The notes under the pieces were generated by a model that did not search any database, was not told the origin of the DNA, and saw only the letters and a program-made list of their open reading frames with translations. The position numbers and the translations under genes were made by a program. Below are positions 1-8,705 of a stretch of DNA of 42,572 nt, piece after piece. Source of the stretch: a virus. Position 1 is the first letter of the stretch. The number at the start of each line of letters is the position of its first letter. The stretch spans positions 1 through 42,572 of the IMG/VR virus record IMGVR_UViG_3300032132_000001; one strand, 5' to 3'.

Positions 1-520
1 GGAGGTCGTCCAGCGCGGCGAGGGGGCTTCCGCCCGTGCCGAAGTCCGACGTCGCCTTGGCGAGGTTGGTGCGAATCTGAGCGCTCGCAGAACGAGCCTT
101 CAGCTGCGCGTGATTGCTCTTCGCCGCCGTCACCTTCGCCTTGGCATTCTGCAGATTCTTCCGCAGATTGTTGACGATGTTCTGGTTGCGATCGATGTCC
201 TTGGTAAGGGCATCGACCCGGGCCTGAGCCTGGCTCTTCTGGACCAGCGCTTCGCGGGCGTCGTCAGTGTTGTTCGCCTTCGCCGCCTTGGTGGCGATGT
301 TGTTGAACTTGTTGACTTCCTCTTCTGAGGAATCCCGCTGCTTCTCCAGCTTCTTGTTTTCCGCCATGAACTTGGCGATGTTCACTTGAAACTTGGAGAT
401 CTCGGTCTCGGAGTCCTCGATGGCGAACTTACCATCCCGGACGGGATCCGCGATTGACTGCGCGGCATCGTCGCGCTTGCCACGGATCCAGTTCATGATG
501 CTCTGTGTCAGCGATGCCAC
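1..520 (-). CDS. PspA/IM30 (ESCRT-III-like) family protein, YjfJ-like; runs off window start
   Basis: Manual translation from GTG at 520 (TAGTG overlap with the upstream stop): MASLTQSIMNWIRGKRDDAAQSIADPVRDGKFAIEDSETEISKFQVNIAKFMAENKKLEKQ...AAKANNTDDAREALVQK...LKARSASAQIR. This shows the PspA pattern: DP motif, coiled coil, DxAREAL, LKAR. Not in the supplied ORF track. Confidence 0.85.
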   Translation of the reverse strand, partial: MASLTQSIMNWIRGKRDDAAQSIADPVRDGKFAIEDSETEISKFQVNIAKFMAENKKLEKQRDSSEEEVNKFNNIATKAAKANNTDDAREALVQKSQAQARVDALTKDIDRNQNIVNNLRKNLQNAKAKVTAAKSNHAQLKARSASAQIRTNLAKATSDFGTGGSPLAALDDL

Positions 521-1299
521 TAGTCGTCGCTCCCACCGGAGTCGTCCGACCCGGAATCGTAGGAAGAGGAGTCCGACGAAGACGACGTGTCCTCGGTCGT
601 GACGGACGAGGTAACCGGCTCGCGGTTCTCGTTGTTGTCCTCGTTGTTCTCGTTGCCTGCGGTACAACCACAGGTCGAGCTGTGAACGTGCTCTTCCGTG
701 GTGTTCTCGAAGGTCTCGTCGAACGTACTGGCGAGGATAGCCGCGCCGACGATCACCAGATCGGTGATGTCGTCTTCGTTGTTGTCCTCGTTGTTGACGC
801 CCACGGTGCCACCCGTGGTCTTGCGGATGATCGGCTTGTTGCCATCAGCCGTGGCGACCCGAAGCTCGCCACAACCCACCGCGAGGATCTCGCGGGTGCC
901 GAGCAGGGCGGAGAGCAGCGAGTCCATCGCGGACTCCAGTTCGCTCTCCTGGAAGTCACCCAGCGGCACCGTGTCCGTCAGGACGATGGGCCAGTTGTTG
1001 TGGTTGTCGTCGTCCGCATCATTGTTGGTGATGATGCCGAAGGCGAACGGCTGGAACCGGGTGAGGGTGTTGGCGTCGAGACAGGCCAGGAAGAATTCCT
1101 GCTGGTTCTTGATGCGCCCCAGCGTGGTGATCTGGCAAGTAACTGCCAGATTGTTATCCCCGCTGATGTTGAGAACGGCGGTGAAGGGGTTCTCAGAGGT
1201 ACCGATCTTGACAGCAATGAAGCCATCATTCAGTACCGCTTCGAACCCCAGGTTCTGCAGGGAGTTGAAAATCTCCTGCAGGTTGTTGAGATTGGTCAC
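520..1299 (-). CDS. YjfI/DUF2170-like (CesT/YbjN chaperone-fold) domain plus long acidic low-complexity tail
   Basis: The N-terminal ~135 aa has an alpha/beta pattern (FFLACLDAN...PFAFGI...IVLTDTVPL...ELESAM) like T3SS-chaperone-fold proteins. It is adjacent to PspA, as in yjfI-yjfJ. The C-terminal half is D/E/N/S-rich. Confidence 0.55.
   Translation of the reverse strand: MTNLNNLQEIFNSLQNLGFEAVLNDGFIAVKIGTSENPFTAVLNISGDNNLAVTCQITTLGRIKNQQEFFLACLDANTLTRFQPFAFGIITNNDADDDNHNNWPIVLTDTVPLGDFQESELESAMDSLLSALLGTREILAVGCGELRVATADGNKPIIRKTTGGTVGVNNEDNNEDDITDLVIVGAAILASTFDETFENTTEEHVHSSTCGCTAGNENNEDNNENREPVTSSVTTEDTSSSSDSSSYDSGSDDSGGSDD
629..795. repeat. 20-bp intragenic direct repeat TCGTTGTTGTCCTCGTTGTT (encodes NNEDNNE twice)
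   Basis: Identical copies at 629-648 and 776-795. Confidence 0.8.
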
Positions 1300-1301
1300 G
1301 G

Positions 1302-1958
1302 TTAGGATCCCATCAGTTCGATGTCATTCGTGCCGATTGTACAACCCTGGAGAAAGCGCACGAATCCTCCCTCTGGGTTATCCTGTTCGTCTGGGTCCGG
1401 GGTGACACCACCGAGTTCGATGATGATGCACTCAGGATTTTCAACGTTGTTGTCAGCCATGTACTCAGTCACCTGAGCAAAAGTCTGTTCACCAACGATT
1501 TCGCCAAACTTGGTACCGAGTTCGGTGACGAACTCCACTTTTCCTTCTTCCTTCGTATCGCTCTCGATGACTTCTTTATATGCCAATTCAGCCGGCACGA
1601 AGTCATCGACATCTTGCGGTTCCTCAAAGAGCCAGGTAACCCCGTTGTTCACGAGATCACCCCTACTGGCTGATTCGAAGTCGTCAGGTTCGAACATCAC
1701 CTTGATGTCGAACGCGTCTTCCACGATCAGGAGGACCAGAGAGAGGTTGTACATATTCTCTTTGAAGTCTACAACGATCCACTCGCAGAGCCCCTCTTGC
1801 TCTTTGATGCGAGTGACGTCAGATACGGTGAGGTCCAAGCCCCGCATTGCTTGGGCTCGCTTACCGAGCAGATCAGAAATAGTCTGCTCATCGGTAAGCG
1901 TGATGATGTCACCCTTCTTGATTCTAGTCCAATGGGTGACGCTTCCTTCCTCGATCAT
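1302..1958 (-). CDS. Acidic soluble protein of the PspA/DUF350 cluster (possibly YjfK/DUF2491- or DUF4178-like)
   Basis: Start moved to ATG 1958 behind GGGGG; beta-rich acidic sequence. The family guess rests on gene context only. Confidence 0.5.
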   Translation of the reverse strand: MIEEGSVTHWTRIKKGDIITLTDEQTISDLLGKRAQAMRGLDLTVSDVTRIKEQEGLCEWIVVDFKENMYNLSLVLLIVEDAFDIKVMFEPDDFESASRGDLVNNGVTWLFEEPQDVDDFVPAELAYKEVIESDTKEEGKVEFVTELGTKFGEIVGEQTFAQVTEYMADNNVENPECIIIELGGVTPDPDEQDNPEGGFVRFLQGCTIGTNDIELMGS

Positions 1959-1966
1959 GTGACCCC

Positions 1967-2632
1967 CTAGTGGGTGTTGTTGAGCGCCATTCCGAAGACG
2001 ATGGCGATCAGGAGACACATGAAAATCATACCGATGAGGAACCCGCCCCCACCTCCGCTACTAGTATGGTGCACCCTAGTACTTGGGGTATCATAGTAGT
2101 AGTGATGGCGGCTCATGAGTGAGCCCATCATCGCCGCATCAGCCATCGCGTTGTAGGCGATCCACGACCCACTTGGTCCCATGTAGCCGTAGCCGCCATG
2201 GTTGACATTGTAGGTGACGTTGTACGACCTCCCGCCCGAACTGTACGTCTTGGGGATGTGGTTGGGGCGAGTCTTGGGCTGGGTCTTGTACGACGAGGTG
2301 TACTGCTTTGCGTACTTCTTCTTGAAGCCAGTGGTGGCGGCAGACTTGTTCTTGTACGCCGTGCCACCCTTCTTGGCCGCTTCGTAGCGCTTCTGTTGAG
2401 CAGAAGAGCGCTTGGGGGCAGAAGGTGTTGTCCGCTTGCTTGAGGACGAGCGACTGCTGTTCCAGCGCGAAGAGCGGGACGAAGAAGGTTTGGAAGAACT
2501 CCGTGAGCCCCAGGAGCGGGATGAGCTTCGACCGCTTGACCGGAACCCTCCACCCCTGCGCGCGAACGCGTCCTCAGGAATGAGGATGAAGACTGACAGG
2601 AATAAGGCTACTGCTACGAGATACTTTCTCAT
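1967..2632 (-). CDS. Exported/membrane protein with signal peptide, R/S/G/K-rich low-complexity region and C-terminal TM helix (possible YjfM-like role)
   Basis: MRKYLVAVALFLSVFILIPEDAFA|RRGGG signal peptide, AAMMGSLM segment, C-terminal hydrophobic helix FLIGMIFMCLLIAIVFGMAL. Confidence 0.7.
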   Translation of the reverse strand: MRKYLVAVALFLSVFILIPEDAFARRGGGFRSSGRSSSRSWGSRSSSKPSSSRSSRWNSSRSSSSKRTTPSAPKRSSAQQKRYEAAKKGGTAYKNKSAATTGFKKKYAKQYTSSYKTQPKTRPNHIPKTYSSGGRSYNVTYNVNHGGYGYMGPSGSWIAYNAMADAAMMGSLMSRHHYYYDTPSTRVHHTSSGGGGGFLIGMIFMCLLIAIVFGMALNNTH

Positions 2633-2642
2633 CGTTCTCCCT

Positions 2643-3566
2643 CTAGTTCGCAGCAGCCGCAGCTGCGGACACTACGGGATTGGCGATTGCCATGGCCGAC
2701 GCGAATGCGATCGACAGGCAGACAAATACAGCAGCGGCAACCGCACCTGCTCCCGCGTTCTTGTCGTTAGCGACTTCGTGGGAGAGAGAAGAGGCGGGCA
2801 GGAAAGCCTTATCTACGATGATGCGGGTGATGCACAGCATACCCGTACCAAAGGCGACCATCACTAGAGTTGTGATGATTTCCTCACCCAGGACTGAGCT
2901 TGCGCCCATCAGGCCGGAACGAATGATGATTCCGATGCCGACCAGGAATCCGCCGAAGCTAAGACCCGCAGCAGCATTGTCGTCATCCTCGATGACTTTG
3001 TGGATGTCGTAGTCGGTGATCTTCTGGAAGACCAGACTTCCGACTATCAGTGCAGCCTGGCCAATACCCCAGTAGATCACAAGATCTCGAAGGGAGTTGG
3101 TGAAGGTGGCGGATTCTCCGCTCAGCGCACCGTTGATGACCAGACCTGTTGCAACGCAGGAACCACCGACCACGAAGGCCGTGCCCAGATTGCGATCTGT
3201 AATCATCTCTTTCTGGATGCAGAAGTGAGGCAGCACCGCTTTGTCATTCACCCAGATGCTGGCACGGATGAGGACGATTGCGATTACTGTGTAGATAGCG
3301 ACATTCAGGATGTCGCTATTGAACTCTTCGGCACCAGCACCGAAAGAAGCTCCAGCCATCGCAATCGTGACGCCGATGTAATACAGCGCCAGATGGAGCC
3401 CGAAAGCTGGGTTGTCTTTTGACGTGAGCTGCTCGTTGAAATTGTAGCTCGTGGTCTTGTCGTAGAGGTACTTCGCCAGTAGCAGTCCGAAGAACCATAC
3501 CCCAAAGTATGGCAGGACGCTAACTATCCGTCCACCGGTCGCGGCGGCGGCATCATATGCCCACAT
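2643..3566 (-). CDS. DUF350 (YjfL-like) multi-pass membrane protein with four repeats
   Basis: Four N-x-(A/G)-type repeats followed by TM helices (KDNPAFGL, DRNLGTAF, DDNAAAGL, DKNAGAGA). AAGGAG RBS before ATG 3566. Confidence 0.8.
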   Translation of the reverse strand: MWAYDAAAATGGRIVSVLPYFGVWFFGLLLAKYLYDKTTSYNFNEQLTSKDNPAFGLHLALYYIGVTIAMAGASFGAGAEEFNSDILNVAIYTVIAIVLIRASIWVNDKAVLPHFCIQKEMITDRNLGTAFVVGGSCVATGLVINGALSGESATFTNSLRDLVIYWGIGQAALIVGSLVFQKITDYDIHKVIEDDDNAAAGLSFGGFLVGIGIIIRSGLMGASSVLGEEIITTLVMVAFGTGMLCITRIIVDKAFLPASSLSHEVANDKNAGAGAVAAAVFVCLSIAFASAMAIANPVVSAAAAAAN

Positions 3567-3597
3567 GCGCTTTTCTCCTTGTTGAAAAAGCCGAGGC

Positions 3598-3605
3598 TCA
3601 GATAC
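3598..3605 (-). promoter_or_regulatory. Candidate promoter element GTATCTGA
   Basis: The same 8-mer occurs in intergenic DNA at 10679-10686, 17586-17593 and 18999-19006; GTATCT also lies at 37101-37106 before the tRNAs. Confidence 0.35.
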
Positions 3606-3633
3606 CGCGCGAACCATGGAGATGGGAGTGCGC

Positions 3634-4071
3634 CTAGTAAAACTCGTCCTGCTCCTTCAGAAACAGGGGAATACCTGAGAACAGAAAATCTCCCCACCCC
3701 TTTTCACAGCTGTCCCACTTTTCGAATGTGAGATCAAACTCTCGGGAAAATTTCCTTGCACCTTCCATCGCCTCCTCTGTAGGCCAGGCAGTTCCACAGC
3801 AATCGTTTCCTGTGCGGTGTGTTTTACACTCAATTCCGAGTATAGTGTCACCTCCAAAAGGAAAGTATCGAACGCTGCGCACTTCGGTGATGTTGGGCCC
3901 GATAAGCTCGTTTGCTCTGCTCCACAATTTGTCACAGTAAGAGTCACGAGCACCACGCACTTCTCGGTAAATTGGTAGGACCCTTCCAACGATACCAGGT
4001 GCTGTGCTCAAAAGAGTCAGTAGTAAATCTTGATAAGAAAGGGAACGGATCTTTTGTTTTTCCATAGCCAA
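3634..4071 (-). CDS. Hypothetical protein
   Basis: 145-aa ORF fitting the co-oriented gene array. Confidence 0.6.
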   Translation of the reverse strand: MAMEKQKIRSLSYQDLLLTLLSTAPGIVGRVLPIYREVRGARDSYCDKLWSRANELIGPNITEVRSVRYFPFGGDTILGIECKTHRTGNDCCGTAWPTEEAMEGARKFSREFDLTFEKWDSCEKGWGDFLFSGIPLFLKEQDEFY

Positions 4072-4202
4072 ACCTAAACTATGAGACTTAGCCGTTTATT
4101 CGAATCGGCTGGCCATTGGTCATCCTGGTGGCTCCAAAGAGGAGCGCACCGAGGACGACCTCACATTCTCCACTCGGTCGAAGAAGGAGAATGATGCATG
4201 GG

Positions 4203-4994
4203 CTAAGAAGATGGGACTCGCAGGCAAGGAAGGTCGAGTTCCCAACGATTGATCTTCCCCTTCTTCCTCTTCTGTAGAATCCGGATAGGGTTCGGCCACA
4301 TATTATCAGGGTCACAGTTGCGCCGATGGTTTGAGATCCCAGGTTGGCTCTTGTAGGTGTTACCGCATTTGTAGCACTGGAGAGCGTCGAAGTTCCTGTC
4401 GAAGTGCGCCATTACTTCATAGTACTTGCTTAGCCTGCACCGGATCGCAACACCCATAGCCACTTCTGGGATAGATGTAGTGCTCATATGCATTACTGCT
4501 TCATCGAAAGAGTTAGCAGCAACATATGCGCCAGTCACACACCTGGTGACATCCTTAATTTGTTCCTTGTACCAGAGATCAGGGTCATGGCGCAAGGCGA
4601 TTTCAGATATCTGAGCCCCGTTACATCGCCTCAAGAAGCTGATACAATCGAGTTGCGCTAGAGAAGCATGTCGTGCAACGAGATGAACCTTCTCATCTGG
4701 GACTCTCTTGAAGATGCTCTCAATTGCATCTCCTCTTCTCCATTCGTGATTGTTATCTGGGAATTGGAGGAACTCCAAGACTTCGACAGTGAAGGAGTCA
4801 TCGTCAAATTGGAGATGTCTACCCAATTCTCGAATGCAGCTTTCAACTACAAAATACTTCAGATATTTGGGATGCTCTGTTAGGATTCTACCGAGCATCT
4901 GACCGACCAAAGAGATCACAGCGTCGCCGAAGTAAGGCTGTGGATCGAAACTCGGGTCAGACAGAAGCTCCTTGATAGCCGCAGTTTTGCTCAT
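4203..4994 (-). CDS. Hypothetical protein with N-terminal SDPxFDP motif and C-terminal C2HC zinc finger
   Basis: LLSDPSFDP; CYKCGNTYKSQPGISNHRRNC; TAATG overlap with the upstream gene. Confidence 0.75.
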   Translation of the reverse strand: MSKTAAIKELLSDPSFDPQPYFGDAVISLVGQMLGRILTEHPKYLKYFVVESCIRELGRHLQFDDDSFTVEVLEFLQFPDNNHEWRRGDAIESIFKRVPDEKVHLVARHASLAQLDCISFLRRCNGAQISEIALRHDPDLWYKEQIKDVTRCVTGAYVAANSFDEAVMHMSTTSIPEVAMGVAIRCRLSKYYEVMAHFDRNFDALQCYKCGNTYKSQPGISNHRRNCDPDNMWPNPIRILQKRKKGKINRWELDLPCLRVPSS

Positions 4995-5416
4995 TATGTC
5001 ACCAGATGCTTGAGAGCTTTTATGAAAGCCTCTCTATGGTGTGCTACCAGCTTCTTCCGATTGGGAAGATGCACGATCTTGAAATCCTCGATTCCAGGAT
5101 CGGGGACGTCGTCTACGTCCACATTATAGTAGCCTTCTTCGTTCCCAATGGCCCATAGTCTATTCTGCAGGGCTCGTGGGAGATGTTTATATTCCCCTTT
5201 CTTGTTCTTTGTGCCAGTTATTGCTAGCACGAAGATATCTGAATCAGGGGTGGATGGATCTACAGTTTCTAAGTCCATCACACCCACGATTGAGATCATC
5301 CTGACCCGAATGCTATAACTATATTGGTGGTCAGCTTTGGGGAACCATTGCTGTAATCGATGTCTCGATTTGCTTTTATGGAGGGGGAGGGAACTGCTAT
5401 ATTGGAGTAGTTTCAT
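4994..5416 (-). CDS. Hypothetical protein
   Basis: ORF abutting the next gene; ATG 5416 follows GGGGG. Confidence 0.65.
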   Translation of the reverse strand: MKLLQYSSSLPLHKSKSRHRLQQWFPKADHQYSYSIRVRMISIVGVMDLETVDPSTPDSDIFVLAITGTKNKKGEYKHLPRALQNRLWAIGNEEGYYNVDVDDVPDPGIEDFKIVHLPNRKKLVAHHREAFIKALKHLVT

Positions 5417-5433
5417 ATGGACCCCCACTTACC

Positions 5434-5446
5434 CAACGTGCCACGG
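5434..5446 (-). promoter_or_regulatory. Conserved intergenic 13-mer CCGTGGCACGTTG, copy 1 of 5
   Basis: Exact copies at 5434, 14306, 21086, 32685 and 37120. This copy starts 1 nt after a TAA. Confidence 0.8.
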
Positions 5447-5447
5447 G

Positions 5448-5843
5448 TTAGTAGGAATAGGTGAGAGTTTCTTTGATATTCTTCTCGCATTCCTCGATAT
5501 TGTTGATATCTCCGCAGTCATCGTCGTCTTCCATCAGGCGACCACCCTTGATGAAGAATTCGTATTCTTCGTGCATGCAACCCCCGCGATCATCTGGGTG
5601 CTCATAGACGATTTCTACACGTAGGACAGGGCCACGGGGGTCTTCACCTGCCGGATGCACTTCGTAATCGCAGCGCTCCGCATACCATCCGGAGTCACTT
5701 TTCCCAGTTTCGACCGCTAAATGTTGAAGCTGTTCCATCCTGGGATCGCCATCGTTAAGCAGCAGCTTCTTCTGGTATTCTAGGACGCCCAGCTTGCTAC
5801 GCGCTTCCTTGATCTGTTCCTCTAGTTCTTCCAGTTTGCTCAT
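5448..5843 (-). CDS. Hypothetical protein with N-terminal coiled coil
   Basis: ATGA overlap with the upstream gene. Confidence 0.7.
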   Translation of the reverse strand: MSKLEELEEQIKEARSKLGVLEYQKKLLLNDGDPRMEQLQHLAVETGKSDSGWYAERCDYEVHPAGEDPRGPVLRVEIVYEHPDDRGGCMHEEYEFFIKGGRLMEDDDDCGDINNIEECEKNIKETLTYSY

Positions 5844-6616
5844 TTCGCCTCTTCTAGCACACTATCGGTTAGAACGATATCATCTTCCACCATATCGCCA
5901 TTGGGGAGAGTGATAGTAACCTTGAGGTTGATTTCTGCAGTCATCTCTAGGTTCACATCGCCGTAGATGGAGTCATACTTGCGGAATTGATGGCACATCG
6001 TCTGTTTGATGCGGTCCACGCCTTTGACGAACTGGTCGTGGTAGTGGGTCTGTGGAACCTCGTTGATCTGCCTTCGAAGCTCGGGTCCGAAGTCAATGTC
6101 TGGGTCACCCAGGTCAATGTCAAGTTCAAGGTGGGGCCTGTGTCTATACCCTCCCCTCGGCTTCTCCTTACTGACTCCCATATAGACTTTCAAAGTCTGG
6201 CCGATAATCCCAATATAGGTATGGTCTTCAATCATACCACCTTCATCAGGGACATGCTTCTTATCGTAAGGCTTTACACCAAAGACCGGCATTGCCCAGC
6301 CCATCGCCTCGGCAACCTTGAAGAGTAGGTTCTTATTCAGATCCTTCCTTGCAGCTTCCTGCGAGATCCTGATCTTGCAACTGCGCAAGTGAATTTTTAC
6401 GCTCTTGAATTCTCGCTTACAGTATTGGCAGGTGCGCTCGTCCTTGCTGCGACGGTGAGCGCGGACGACCTCTAACTCTTCAGAGGTAAGCTCGTATGGG
6501 TTCTTGTGTTTGTACTCAGGGATCTGGAGATGGCCCTTGATCTCTTTATGGAGATCAAAGACCACACTGCGCATCTTGTGGATAAAGTCGGTGTCTGGAG
6601 TGTTCCTTTCAGCCAT
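5840..6616 (-). CDS. Hypothetical protein with C2HC zinc finger
   Basis: CQYCKREFKSVKIHLRSC; start is 6616 or 6631. Confidence 0.7.
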   Translation of the reverse strand: MAERNTPDTDFIHKMRSVVFDLHKEIKGHLQIPEYKHKNPYELTSEELEVVRAHRRSKDERTCQYCKREFKSVKIHLRSCKIRISQEAARKDLNKNLLFKVAEAMGWAMPVFGVKPYDKKHVPDEGGMIEDHTYIGIIGQTLKVYMGVSKEKPRGGYRHRPHLELDIDLGDPDIDFGPELRRQINEVPQTHYHDQFVKGVDRIKQTMCHQFRKYDSIYGDVNLEMTAEINLKVTITLPNGDMVEDDIVLTDSVLEEAK

Positions 6617-6618
6617 TT

Positions 6619-7749
6619 TTATTTCTTGCATTTGAGGCAGAGGTATTCTCTACCAGAGCGATCGACCACTGCTGTAATCTTGGGAATGACGTCGTTAGAG
6701 CGGATAACCATCACCCGATCTCCGATAGCGACGTCTAGCTGCTTAATATAGTCGAGGTTGTTGAGGGTGACTCGGGCGATTGTCGCGCCAGCGAGATTGA
6801 TAGGCTCGACTTCAGCTACCGGGCACATACGACCAGTAAGACCGGCCTGCCAGGTGATATCGTTGATCGTGGTGATCCCGCCCTCAGATTCGAACTTAAT
6901 AGCGAGCGCAGCCTTAGGCCGACCACCCACCATGCCAAGCTTCTTGTGAAGGGAGAGATCGTTACAGTCCACGACCAGACCGTCGATGAGATAGTCCAGC
7001 TTGTCACGCCGGTATTCCTCAAATCGATCCCACAGATCATCGGGTGTCCGCTTGTCGAAGAACCGTGCATAGGTCACGTGCTGGAGGCCGAGCTGTTGGA
7101 TCAGCTTGAACTCGTCCAGCTTCGTCTTCAGCCCAGGAACTACAGCCTGGAACCAGACGACCTTGAGATGTACGACGAGATCGTTGTCGCCCCTCTTGCC
7201 CTTCTTGTCCCTCGCCTTACCTGCTGCTGCGTTCCGGCAGTTCCGGTAGCCGAGAGGTACGAAGTGCTTGTTGAAGAGCGACTTCTCTAGCAGAATCTCA
7301 CCACGCAGTTCACCAGTGAATCTTGCATCTAGATCCTCCTTGATGTTCTGCATCTTGATGAAGTTGGGTGTGATATTCTCACCCTCGGCGCCGTTCCCTC
7401 GGGTGACGGCGTGGATGAGCTTTCCCTTCTTGTACGTTGCCACGATGGTGATCCCATCGAGCTTCTCGCTGAGGATGAGGTCACCCTTACCCTTGGCCCA
7501 CTTCAAGAAGTCAGCCTTCTCGTCGTGCTTCACCTTGGCAAGGGAACCGATAGTGCGCGAGTGCTTCTGCACGGGCCACACGGTGACCTGCACCGGGGCA
7601 CCTACGACCTTGAGAAAAGCGTTGGTGGGATCTAGCTTCTCTAGCTCGTCACGGAGTGTGTCGAACTCCGCGTCGTCCATTACGGGGCTGCCAGCATAGT
7701 ACGCATTGCTGGCGTCAGTCAGGGTCTTGACTAACGTTTTAATGTCCAC
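6619..7749 (-). CDS. ligA: NAD+-dependent DNA ligase, core only (Ia + adenylation + OB; no complete Zn finger, HhH or BRCT)
   Basis: AYY..P.MDDAEFD (domain Ia), SEKLDG (motif I), TRGNG.EGENIT, ELRGEI, NCRNAAAG, IDGLVV, ALAIKF, WQAGLTG..PVA, RSNDVIPKI. Ends CLKCKK-TAA at 376 aa. Confidence 0.92.
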   Translation of the reverse strand: MDIKTLVKTLTDASNAYYAGSPVMDDAEFDTLRDELEKLDPTNAFLKVVGAPVQVTVWPVQKHSRTIGSLAKVKHDEKADFLKWAKGKGDLILSEKLDGITIVATYKKGKLIHAVTRGNGAEGENITPNFIKMQNIKEDLDARFTGELRGEILLEKSLFNKHFVPLGYRNCRNAAAGKARDKKGKRGDNDLVVHLKVVWFQAVVPGLKTKLDEFKLIQQLGLQHVTYARFFDKRTPDDLWDRFEEYRRDKLDYLIDGLVVDCNDLSLHKKLGMVGGRPKAALAIKFESEGGITTINDITWQAGLTGRMCPVAEVEPINLAGATIARVTLNNLDYIKQLDVAIGDRVMVIRSNDVIPKITAVVDRSGREYLCLKCKK

Positions 7750-8452
7750 GTAGTTTCTCCTTCATCTTCGCAGAGTGATCCACGATCAGTTGTACGATTT
7801 CACCAACCCGATCTTGAATTTTAGCCAGCGGCAAAAAGACGGGCTTCATCGATGGAGTGTGGTGATTGTAGTATTGGTTTACTGGCTCGGCAGATACCTC
7901 TACCTGCTTTGCGGGGCGAGTTGCTATCTTGATCTCTAATTCGCTATAATAATGGTTCCCGTCCCACTCTTTCCGATTCGGACGTGCGCGGAACGTGGAT
8001 TTGAACATATCGCCTCCTGCGCCCCAACCTTTTCCTTTCAAGGCTTCCATCACAGCTTGGCGAGCAAGGGGGAGAGGTTTATGACCTTCATCCCATTCTT
8101 TCAGCCCAGCGGGCCGCTTGTGTGAAACAAGCACCTCTCCGCCTTCGGCGTACATCACCCCGTAGATCTTTTTGCCATCTTCTTCTAGCACTAGGCATCT
8201 AGACCAGTTGGATCCTCGGTTTCGTAGGATCGTAAAACCTGACTCGCGCAGCGTGTCGAAGATTCCACGTTTTATGGTGATCCCAGTAACTTCAGTGCCG
8301 AGGAACGCACAATTAAAAGTGCGCACCATGTGTACAAACACTTCTGGAGAGTTGACGAATTTGTTTACAGCCCAGTGGTCCTTGAACGGAAAGTTGACCG
8401 CAGTTAGAAACTGATCTGGATCGAACTTCGGATCCGAGAAGTAATCATGCAT
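7739..8452 (-). CDS. Hypothetical protein with N-terminal SDPxFDP motif
   Basis: MHDYFSDPKFDPDQFL; overlaps both neighbours by a few nt. Confidence 0.7.
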   Translation of the reverse strand: MHDYFSDPKFDPDQFLTAVNFPFKDHWAVNKFVNSPEVFVHMVRTFNCAFLGTEVTGITIKRGIFDTLRESGFTILRNRGSNWSRCLVLEEDGKKIYGVMYAEGGEVLVSHKRPAGLKEWDEGHKPLPLARQAVMEALKGKGWGAGGDMFKSTFRARPNRKEWDGNHYYSELEIKIATRPAKQVEVSAEPVNQYYNHHTPSMKPVFLPLAKIQDRVGEIVQLIVDHSAKMKEKLRGH

Positions 8453-8705
8453 CAGGTTTGCTTGCTATATGAAACTTCATTACAGGGACGATACCAGTCT
8501 CGTCACAAGCTGGACACCCTGTAGACACCACTCCATCGCAGTATTGGACGAGAAGCGCTGTATTCCCGCACTTCTCACAACCAAGCAGTACTGGATGCCA
8601 TTGATCGTGCTCACCTTGGGAGTGAGCACATTCGGGATCCTCACACGAGTTTACCCCTTTCTCCCTAATGTCCTCGTCAACGTCTTCTCTGTACCGTGGT
8701 TCCAT
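8445..8705 (-). CDS. Small Cys-rich (zinc-binding) protein
   Basis: CEDPEC, CEKCG, CPACDETG. Confidence 0.65.
   Translation of the reverse strand: MEPRYREDVDEDIREKGVNSCEDPECAHSQGEHDQWHPVLLGCEKCGNTALLVQYCDGVVSTGCPACDETGIVPVMKFHIASKPDA

Noticed and set aside
4088-4315. 75-aa ORF in the gap after 4203
   Set aside because: It half-overlaps the upstream gene, has no clear RBS or motif, and cannot be supported.
6600-6640. Programmed frameshift fusing the ligase to the downstream zinc-finger ORF
   Set aside because: The run is A-rich but has no canonical slippery heptamer before the stop, and the downstream ORF shows no HhH or BRCT similarity.
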